This document shows, piece after piece, positions 1 through 10,900 of a stretch of 64,000 nt of DNA. Where the stretch lies: positions 19,778,001-19,842,000 of the forward strand of contig NC_079168.1 of the NCBI RefSeq assembly GCF_947568905.1. Reading direction: 5' to 3'. Numbering within the stretch: position 1 is the first letter of the stretch; every line of letters starts with the position of its first letter. A program made the position numbers and the translations under genes. Below the pieces are notes generated by a model. It saw nothing but the letters and a program-made list of their open reading frames with translations. It was not told where the DNA came from and made no database searches. Origin of the DNA: Ostrea edulis. Its lineage: Eukaryota.

Positions 1-3000
1 CATGATTTATAAAGCCTTTTCTCAATGAGAGAAGGCATTTTCGAGGTCAATAATACCATGGCGAAAAATAAAAAATAAAATCCTCCCACCCGCCCCATTT
101 TTTTGTGAAGTTTGAATGATAATCTACTAATTAATTTTACTTGGCCTTATGTTGTAATGAATTTTATAGACCATTCAATAATTTCTTTCTGCTCCAAAGA
201 TGGAGTCGTCCACTACTTATTTCATGACTGATGTGATAAAGAAAAGTATATTTCTAGTGGCTGCGCTTTACTTTCAGTTATTGATATATGAACATCTTCA
301 TGCTACCTGTATATCTTTAAAAAAAACATACATTGAACACCATAATAGCTTTCTTTTAAGGTTTTGTGGATTGAAACTATAATGTTAATGTACTTGCATG
401 TACATGTATACATTAGATCAAGTTAAGTGTATGTCTACTATAGCAAATGACAATGATAAAAGATATAATGTAGTCAGTAGTTAAGAAACGTTGGCCAGTA
501 ATTTGGAATCGCAAATACCATCATCTATAGTATTGTTTAAGATTTGTATTTGTGTAACTTACATTTTATGTAATGTCTTTTAGGTCAGAATATGTTTTGC
601 AATGGAGAAAATAATTCTTGTGTATATCTATAGTGGAGCTCTTGTAGTTTATGAAATTGATGGAAGTAAATGGATAAATCTTGCTTGATGGATACTTGTT
701 TTTGCAACATTTAACATCTCCAATGTGAAATTATGTCTTGTAGTTAGTTTAATAGATGTATATGTGCAAATTATTAAGACAAGGTACATGTGCTCTCAAA
801 TAATGAAGTACAGGTACTACTGAAAATTCATTTGTTTTCTTGCATGAGATGTAACTCACACCATTGTCTCATAACATGTTGATTTTCATCTTTCTCTCTC
901 TGTGAGAGAGATCCACATTAAGTGTAGGTGTCTGAAGATGATCTTATTCAAGGAACACTGTATGTGATAACTTTATTATACAAATGAAATTTGATTTGTT
1001 GATATTAAGAATTCTTTAATATTTTTGGATATGGGAATATTTAAAAATTTAAGAAATGCCTGTGATTTTTTATATCCATAATTTGAATTAGATAAGCAAT
1101 GAATAGTAAAATGGCACTCCTTAAAACTTACCCATTGCTAGATGCTCTATGTAATGCATTGAGTACAAAGGTGTATTAATTAAAGAGTGTGCCATATGAT
1201 TGAAGTTGAAGTCATCTAAAATACTTCAAGGAGACGAGGATTGGGATTACAAATTTTCAATTCAATGTAAGCAATAATTATGCAATACTTGCTGATTATA
1301 AAGAATATGTTGTATAAGTTTAATATACAGCTCGTCAAATAAAGTACCAAGCTTTGGATGTACCCCATGGTGGATATTAGGACTGCGATTTGTGATAAAG
1401 TTCATTATTCTTACTTTTCCAGGGTATATGATATTTTTATCCTCTGTCTTTCAAGGTGAAAAATTTAATTAATTCATTTGTCTGGTACTGTCAACTGACA
1501 ATTCTTCTCCACATTTAACCCTTGCATTTTGTTTCATTTTCCCATGTATTTTATTCTTTAAGCTTAACGCCTGTAATTTACAATTTATGTGTAATTTGTA
1601 TAATTGGCAGAAAGTACCCCTACTTCCATCATTTATATATCCCTCATAATACATCCAACCTACAATATGTATTCTTATATCCATATTTTGTAATAGACAT
1701 AGGTTTTTATTAAATTGTGAGGGCAATGCTTCTATTGAGAAATAAAATACAGTGAAATTGCATAGGCTTATTAATTATTAACAAAATGTTGGTAAATGTA
1801 ATGATTGATGTACAGGGCATAAACGTTGTTTAAAAGTGGACTGGATGTACCAAATTTGGTGATGTCTCAAAATGAGCGAGATGTGAGAACAACAAACAAG
1901 CAAACAAAAGCTTTTTTAGTTTTTGCAAATATAATCTTATCTTAAGAATAGGTATTAATCAAAGACTGTCTGTGTTTACTTATTTATTGATTATCATAAG
2001 TATTAATTTATATAATAATTATGTCTCTAGTAATAAATAAAGTTTTACATGAATCAAGGTCTATTTTTGTCTTTCTATTTTTAAATCTATATTTTAGGTC
2101 GGGATCGTCCTCACCAATGTTTTGGGGACCTTTGAATAGTCGTTATTGGATGAAAGATTGTTTATGAAAAATTTGACAACTTACAAATTATAAAATTGTT
2201 GATAATTTTATGTGGTAGTAGTAGTTTGTAGAATACGACTTGCGGGAATTAAAAACACCCCATATTTCCATCGGGATCGGGAGTGTGGAAATACAATTTA
2301 TTGATAAAAATAGAATTTCTTACGAAATTATTTCAAGTCAAGTTCACCGCATGGATTTTTAGAAATGAGGAAAATTTGGACTCAGCAGATCATTTATTGT
2401 TAAAGTATTACATTGAAAAGAGTCAGAGGTCATATGAAAAGGAGCGGATTGGTAATATACATGCAACTACATGACCTTTAGTACACAGGATTTCCAGATT
2501 TGTCGGTCATCTTTAGTTTAGAGGTTTGTTTTGATTATCAGTATTATTGCCTGAATATGGACATTTCTTTATTTTGTCTTTTCTTTCTTGGTTTCTTCTT
2601 TTGGGCATACATTAGTGAATGAAAATATTGAACCTTTACTATACTACATGTACTTTGACAGACCACAGGCACCTGAATTTCTGTGCCTGTGGACAGACTG
2701 AGCTACATGATAAAGCCTAGATGTCGTGTATGTAATACCACAGGAGTCGGCAGTTTTATCTATAAAGGTCCACAATGTAAACAACCACTGAGCTTTATGC
2801 TTAACATCAGATTGACTGGGATGTTGCAGTTATTTCCCTTCCTGTTACATTACACAAGTGCTTGTTTGATAGACTTTGTAACCTATGCTTTTGTTTTACT
2901 AAATCGCATAGGTTACGAAGTCTATCAAAAAGCTGTGCATCATCGTAAACCCACAGTTGATTACGCTTGATTTCCAATCAACAAAACGCTGTCAACCCAA

Positions 3001-3087
3001 TTTCGGTATACAATTGTTGTGAAAGCAAAGTTAAGTTAATGTTACCTTTAAAAACAGAAGAGTTTCGTTAATATAACGATTACTTTG

Positions 3088-3220
3088 ATTGGACGATATT
3101 TTTAAATGTTTATTCATAAGAACGAGCGAGTAGGAATGAATGGACCCACGGGTGATGGAGAGAGGAACGAAGTGTAATCAACCGTGGGTTTCCGACGATG
3201 GCTCCCGTGGTAATACCGGT
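3088..3220 (+). promoter_or_regulatory. Candidate HMGCR promoter / non-coding first exon
   Basis: CpG-enriched patch in AT-rich DNA; CCAAT at 2974-2978, inverted CCAAT (ATTGG) at 3088-3092, SRE-like ATCACCCGTG on - strand at 3147-3156; possible donors GTAATA (3210) and GTATAT (3219). The first coding exon has an acceptor just upstream of the ATG (AAAG at 4759-4762), which implies an upstream non-coding exon. Confidence 0.35.
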
Positions 3221-3335
3221 ATATTTTGTGCTGAAATTGTATAGATCTACTAATTGAAGAAATATTATATATTTAGAGCTATAGACTTATTTTATAATAA
3301 AAATTCATATGAACACCATATTCATGATATTGTAA

Positions 3336-4165
3336 GAAAAAGAGGAGGCATATATTGTTCTGCATCTGTTGGAGACAAGGTCTTGTTCACTCAATATCTT
3401 GAGAACCCTTTGCTTGACAGACATGTAAATTGGTACACTGATACATATTTTAAAAGGAGTAGATGACCCCTATTGATTTTGAGATCACATGGTGAAAGGT
3501 CAAGGGTAAAACTGGACATAGGAAGGTATTGTCCACTCAATATCTTGGGAACCCTTGACAGGGGTAAAAAATTCTTCAAGCAAGAAATCCAAAGGATTTT
3601 CCTATTATTGAATAAATAATTGATGAATGAAAATAAAAATGACTGCATTTCAGAATAAAATATCTTAACAAGTTAAAGCTCGACATAACTCTTTATTTTT
3701 TGTTCTTTTTGCATGTGACCCATTGAGATAGATTGCCGAAGATGCCAATTCAAATAAGATTGATATTGAAATACTGTTTTAGTTAGCCATTTGATGATGT
3801 AATATAAAAACAATAAAAAAATTCTAAATTCAACCTGGACTTGGATATTTCCTTGTGGGACTTGGCAAAAATTGGTCCCTCAAGTCCCTGACTTAAGCAT
3901 GTGAAAAAACTTTTTCCAACCCTGCTTGACAGACATCAAACTTGGTACACAGGTACATCTTAAGGAGTAGATGATCCTATTGATTTTGGTCACATGGTCA
4001 AAGGTCAAGGGCAAAACTGTCTCCTATATTTTGAGAATCATTTGATTGATTGACATCAAACTTGGTACACTGGTATATCCTAAGGAGTTGATGAACCCTG
4101 TTGATTTTGAAGTGATATGTTCGAGGGTCAAATTGGACATAGGAAGATACTGTCCGCTTGGGGCA
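3336..4165 (+). mobile_element. Degenerate, interrupted Helentron-associated (HINE-like) non-autonomous element
   Basis: Repeated blocks AAACTTGGTACAC...AGGAGTAGATGACCCCTATTGATTTT...GGTCAAAGGTCAAGGG; same family as 34460-35029. Confidence 0.6.
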
Positions 4166-4286
4166 CACAGGTTCAATTCTAACAACATTTTTTTTTTTCC
4201 CTTTCTGCCAACTCCGAGTTGTTCAGGCTGGAAAGAACTTGTGTTGTTGTCGACTATTTAAAAAGGAAGGAGTTGGACTGAATATT

Positions 4287-4360
4287 GGCCAAGGTAGCTC
4301 AGTGGTTAGAGCACTTTACTTGTAATGCACGGGTCATGGATTCGATTCCCAGTCCAACCA
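4287..4360 (+). pseudogene. tRNA-like (Thr-TGT-like) sequence, probably a SINE head or tRNA pseudogene
   Basis: A box GTAGCTCAGTGGTTAGAGC, CTTGTAA loop, degenerate B box GATTCGATTCC; acceptor and anticodon stems pair poorly. Confidence 0.45.
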
Positions 4361-4773
4361 AATATTTTCTACTTACCTACTACATTTATTTACTCCTAAA
4401 AAGGTAGTTTCCTCAGCAACATAAACTGAACCTTGAGATAATTTTGTACCCAGTATGGGGGCCTTTCCAGATACAGAAATTTCTGTAATTATGATGAATA
4501 AGAAATTGAAGGTTAAGGTACTTAACCTTTTTAATATATTCCTCTTTTTATCCTAAACATGTACAAGAGCAACACATTTTATGACAATTTAATCAAAGTT
4601 TTCCGGTATATGTAATGCAGTGTATAAAGACGGCACCTGTTGCTTCTCTTTTTCTTGCTGTTGCACACATAACAGTCAGTCATGATGATGTATTGTGCTT
4701 TTTGCATGGTTGTAGGATTGATGCTAACCTTGACTATTGTTGGAGTATTATATCTTTAAAAGGCGAGAATAGG

Positions 4774-4935
4774 ATGTTGAGCAGCCTTTTCTACAAACAT
4801 GGACATTTTTGTGCCAGCCGACCGTGGGAAGTCATTCTTGCGACATTAACCCTGTCAGCCTGCTTGGCCTCAGTTGGAATTTTCACAACCCCGGATAGAG
4901 TCTGTGGCTGGAACTATGAATGTGAAAAACATCAG
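4774..4935 (+). CDS. HMGCR: HMGCR coding exon 1
   Basis: [21 protein letters not shown]...[11 protein letters not shown]; donor GTAAAT. Confidence 0.95.
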
Positions 4936-7900
4936 GTAAATAGTAAACACTGGGATATCTTATAAATATAATGCAGGCATTTTGAAAATTTCATCATTTG
5001 AAACATGTGACACATTTGGTTCCAAATTTGTATTTGAAATGAATTTTTGATGACAGCACCAGGAGAAAGGTAACAGTGACCACATCTTCCTGTCCATCAT
5101 CAAACTCGCAGCTGTTCTGTCCACATACCTTCAATTTAGGAATCTTCGCAGATTTGGAACAAGATATCTCTTGGGTATGTATCAACTTGAAGATATTCAC
5201 ACAGTGAACAGCATGACTATTGCTGTGGGTTGTTTAAGGGTTTTTTTAAAGTAAGAAACTGAATATGAAAGGATATAGAAATTTATCATGAAAATGATGA
5301 AATATTAAAATAGTTATGCTCATTGCATGTTCAAATAAGAAAACGGATACTAGAAACACCAGGCTTGGATTTCTTAAAAAACTTGAAAAGTTTGGATTTT
5401 ATTTTAGCAGTCAAAATTTGAGTCAAATCTCCGACTTAAGTCCAAGTTTTGACTAAAGTTTATTCCTAGAAATGCAGGCTTAATATTATGATATATAAAC
5501 TTGCAAACGTTTTTTTCCCAGGTTGTTCTTTTCTATGTTTTCTGTATGGATTAAAGCACTATGAAATAATTTAACTTGGTGACTAATTTTCTGGGGGCAA
5601 TATAATGAAACAGGAATTTCATGCTTACAGGTATATCTGGTATATTCACTGTGTCTTCCAGCCTTGTGTTCAGTATTGCCATCATCAAAATGTTTGGAAA
5701 TGACCTATCAGGATTGACGTAAGTAAAACACATTTAATTTTGATGTATGCATATATTAACCATAATTTCTTTTTAGAAATTTTTCTATTAAAGATCTTTG
5801 CAAGTACACAGTGATTTTTAGTTGTCAGTTTTCAAACAAGAAATTTGCGAATTTGACGGATAACTGTCCTCACAAAACAAACAGGTGTGTTAGTAAAACT
5901 AGTTCTTATCTGCAGTGAAGCTCTTCCATTTTTCCTGCTGCTAATTGACCTCTCCAAAGCCTGTGCCCTGGCCCGATTTGCCCTGAATTCCAAGAGCCAG
6001 GAAGAGGTGCAGGAGAACATTGCCCATGGAATGTCCATACATGGTCCAGTCATGACATTAGATGCCATTTGTGAGATTCTAGTCATTGGAGTCGGCACTT
6101 TGTCAGGTATATAGGTTATCCATTCAATGTTTTACAAAATATGTTTGAATTTGTACAAGTAATGTACAGTATATTCTTGAAAAATCATTACAGGTTTTTT
6201 TAACACAAACTTGAGATGATTTACGCAATTTTTACCCCATGAAAACTACTTATAATGCATTTATTTTTTAAATAGAATGGTGGTAATTTAGAAATGATAA
6301 ACAAATTGTTTCATATTGCAGATGTCACCCACTTAGAAATGATGTGTTTCTATGGCTGTTTGGCTGTCCTGGCTAACTATTTAGCATTCATCATGTTGTA
6401 CCCAGCATGCCTAGCTTTGTTCCTAGAGGTACATAGTGTGGGAAACTCTTTCATCTTTAAATAGTATTCTCTTATCATCAGTATTTCTGTTGGAATTTGG
6501 ACTTCTCTGATATATTTGGCCACTCTGCTGCATACACATTTACATGTCATTCAGTGCTGAATATAACTATCTGCTGTGTATTTTAAAAGTTTTATTCATC
6601 CAATATATAATATGGGAAAACAGATACATGTATAGAATTATGTGTCCATTTTTAAAAATCAATAGGTAGTCAGAAAAAGAGGTAAAGGCCAGGGACTGAA
6701 GCACCTGCAGCATTTGGCTCAGATACTGCATGAAGAAGAGAAGGATAGCCGGCCAAACCCAGTCACCCAAAATGTCAAAATCATTATGGTCAGCTCAGTT
6801 TTATAACAATCGTAATGTGATTGAAACTGCACATCTATCATGAAACCAAAACATTACCTTGTTCAGATGTAGAAGAAAAAAAACTCAGTTATTGGATAAT
6901 GAATTACATTTTGTGTAGGCATGATTAATTTATGAAAGGAAAATGAATGTGAAAAAAAAAAGAATACTGGTAAACTTGTTTTTATTGATAGAATTGATGT
7001 ATTCTTTTTTGTAACATCATTTTGAGTTACAAGTTACTGTTGTAGTCTGCTGGTCTCCTGATGGTTCACTTTCACAGCCGTTTCCTAGCAACCAGGAAAA
7101 CTATGGACATGATTGACATGGCAGGCAGCCAGTATAGAAAACCAGACGTATCACTGTGGTACTTCTACATTCAAAGGTAGTTGTAATATATCAAAAATTA
7201 AAATTTAGTAAAGGAGAGTTAATATATTATAGGTTCAAGTCAGTAAAGAACCATTTCCATTGCAGAAAATTACTTTGATATTGATTCTTGAATTACCATC
7301 CCTTTTATTGAATAAGAAGCAGTACTTTAATTTTTTTCTTGTTTTACATAGATTGTTTACAGTCAAGGCAGATTCTACTTTCACTTTGGCTTTGGCCATA
7401 TTCCTGATTGTGAAGTATGCCTTTTATGATGACAACTCCATGGAGTACCAACTTTTGATGCCTCCCACGAACACAGAAAACACAGAGTCAACGACTCCTG
7501 AAATTGTGCCTAAAGTTCAGAGACAAGATAGTAAGTTGATCAACAGAGAAATACCAGTTCCAAAGAATTCTAATTTCATCAGATGCTTGAAGGTTCCATG
7601 CATACATTCTTATGACACTGGTTCACAACTGAATTCTTAAAAGAAAATCTTAAAGCTGAAAGATATTAGCTGCAAGCTTTCTTCAAGAATCCAGTGGCAA
7701 ACCATGTATCATGAGAATTAATTATTATGCAAGTACATTTATCATCTTTGCATAGATTGATATGTATTTGATAAATATTTGAATTGAAGGTTTAATAAAC
7801 GCTTACCTTTTGGGGGGGGGGGGGGGAATTTGACAGATAAAAGGTCTGTATACACATAGTCTTTGTTATGCATTATAGATTTCACATCAGAGAAGGTGGA

Positions 7901-10900
7901 TAAGGTTGAATTTGTAGTTGGGGAAGATTCTTCAGACTCAGAACCTGAGAACTCAATGACGCATGTAGAAACACAGACTGATTTAGATTCATCCATGTAC
8001 TCACCACTGCAAAAAATTCCCCCCTTCCAACCTCCCAGGACTACCGAGGAGTGTGTACAGATCCTAAAATCTGAGGTACTGATGTATGTCTGGTTAATAT
8101 GTGTATGTCCTTCCATTAAAAAGCTGAAAGGTCCCAAGAATCATTTCTGAAAGAGCATGAGAAGAAAACAGTTTGTGTATTACATTTCAGCATAAATCTA
8201 CATTTATGTGTATTTAGCTTTTGCACAATTTTTATTTTTAGGCGGGTCCAAAATCTCTTACAGATGAAGAAATTTCAAATTTAGTCAAGAGTAAACACAT
8301 TCCATCATACAAAATAGAATCCATGATTGGAGATGAGTGCAGAGGTGTTAAAATAAGGTCAATATTTCAATTTCCCTTTTGATGTGATTTATGAAATCGA
8401 TTTTATGATATGTAAAACATTTTGTCAGTAACTTACAAACAAATTTAACGAGTGTGCATGCATTTTGACTCATCTTTATGACCGAGTTGTTTTATCTCTC
8501 CTCAGGAGAAAGATGTTGACAGAGGACTTGCCCTCCGCAGATGCTTTAGATGGACTGCCTTATGAGAATTATGATGGCTATGAATTGGTATCTATGATGC
8601 TACGTATTTTAACTTTAAAAGGAAGTTTGTTCGTTGTAGTAAGGATTTGAAACATGTTTTCTGCAATGGGTGTTTTATTCTCTGCTTTAATTTCAACGAG
8701 TTGTGAAGGCAAATTCAATAACACTCCATTGGAAATGAATTCATGGATTTCAACAAATAATATGTTTTTTGCACATGATTTGGAGGTATTTTTGCAGTAT
8801 CTTGTCTCCCACTCATTTTATAATACTTACTTAACAAAGGGTAACAGCTTTTACTGCTATGGCTTGGATTTCTTGAAAAAATCTCAAAGTTAAGTTTGAG
8901 TTTTCTTTTATTTGAGCAGTCAAAATTTGAGTGAAATCTCAGATTTACAGCCAAATTTTGACTTCAGTTTGTTTCAAGAAATCCAGGCCAGTTGGTCTCT
9001 TTCTTTTTCGGTGGTTGAAAATATGTACATGAACTTATATCAGTGGGTTACAGATCAAGTCACAAATGGAAAATTTACCTAAACATTTACGTTTATAAGT
9101 TTGTTATAGTTCCCCAGTGGAGTTACATGAAAATTACAATCATTTAAGTTTTGAAATAAACGAAAGCTGAAATAAACTTTTAGCGTAAATTAAGAAAATA
9201 CAGATGAAGACGTCCCTGAGACAAGCATTGGTAAAACAAACAAAACTTGTCTATTTGTTCTAATAGGTAAATGGAGCATGCTGTGAGAATGTCCTGGGTT
9301 ACATGCCAGTCCCTGTGGGCAAAGCTGGACCACTCATACTGGATGGTCAGAAGTATTTCATCCCCATGGCCACCACAGAGGGTTGTCTGGTAGCCAGCAC
9401 TAACAGGGGATGTAGGGCCTTAGAGGTGAAGTAGTTTATTGGAAAGCATTTAATTTTTGCTGTTTTCTAAACTGTTAAGTTTTCTTTTAAGAAGAGTTGT
9501 TAAAATTTAAGGTATTAAGTACTAAGTACTACATGTGTACATATTTTAGCAAATCTTGAAGCAAGTGTAATAAGGGCTGATGTCTGACAGGACCAGGCCT
9601 GGAGGTTATAAAACTTTTTTGAGCATGTTTTCATACTCTAACTCGAACTCCATCCTCTAACTCATACTCAAAAGTGAAGGTTATAAAACTTTTATAAAAT
9701 CATTCTCATACTGAAATGGAGTACATGCTCAAGATTTTTCGAGTGTGTTTCGGAGCTTCCTCAGAGTTGTGCTTAAAACAAACATGGCCAAGTTTGAGTA
9801 TGAGTATGGTAAAAGTTTTATATCCTCCAGTCCTGGAGTTAGGACTTGTGTCATATACTACAGTGGATGAATAGAGGTTTTCATATTTTAACCAATAATT
9901 GAATTAAACTCATTTCAGCATCTTTAAAAGTAAATCCTGTTATTATAAGTGTACATACAGTATTCTGTTGAATTCTGCCACTGATGTAGTGGTGATTGAC
10001 CTATATAATGACATCAGACATATACTTTTACATTTGCAGTCCAGCAATGGAATTCGTAGTGTTGTAGTGGGAGATTCTATGACCAGAGCACCTGTTGTTC
10101 GTTTACCTAGTGCCGTAGATGCCAGGTTTGTTGAATATCAGAACTACATGCTCTTTAAAAAGCATCTTTGCTTAAAAGAAATTTTATAAACTGCATTATC
10201 TTTCCTCTTTGTAGCAATCTAAAAGTATGGATCGAGGACAATTTCTCTACATTAAAAACAATATTTGACGAGACCAGTCGGTAAGAACATGGTGATACTT
10301 TATTGCTATTATATTAGATTGTAATAAAGCTATTACAACAATTTAGTCAGCCTTCCAAAGTAGATATGTCATTTACTTTTCTCTGTATCAAATTTCAGGT
10401 TTGCTTTAACCTGTTTTTACTCTATTCCATATTAAATTAATACAAGTATACTAATACACATCTTTTCAGGTTTGCTCGGTTAAACAAGTTCCAGATTGCG
10501 CAAGCTGGTCGACTTCTCTATATACGATTTATAGCTAGTACTGGCGATGCCATGGGAATGAACATGCTCTCCAAGGTAAGTAGAGAAAATTTAGTCAAAT
10601 AAAATGACACTATCCAACTACAATGTAAATGAAGAGATACTTTAGGTGGATGAATACTTAAATGATATTCATGCTGTGTTTTAGGGCTCAGAGAGAGTTA
10701 TCATACTGTAATGATATTCATGCTGTGTTTTAGGGCTCGGAGAGAGCTATCGTACTTAAATGATATTCATGCTGTGTTTTAGGGCTCAGAGAGAGCTATC
10801 GTACTTTAATGATATTCATGCTGTGTTTTAGGGCTCGGAGAGAGCTATCGTACTTTAATGATATTCATGCTGTGTTTTAGGGCTCGGAGAGAGCTATCGT

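Noticed and set aside
200-382. 60-aa ORF / possible terminal exon (DGVVHYLFHD*) of an upstream gene
   Set aside because: A pyrimidine tract plus AAG precedes it, but ten residues give no recognisable homology; cannot be supported.
4287-4360. Functional tRNA-Thr gene
   Set aside because: Acceptor and anticodon stems do not pair well; similar tRNA-like heads at about 31357 and 59757 indicate repeat-derived sequence.
5057-5062. Alternative in-frame acceptor adding His-Gln to HMGCR exon 2
   Set aside because: Possible (ACAG at 5056), but the 5063 start gives the conserved 112-nt exon and nothing supports use of the other site.
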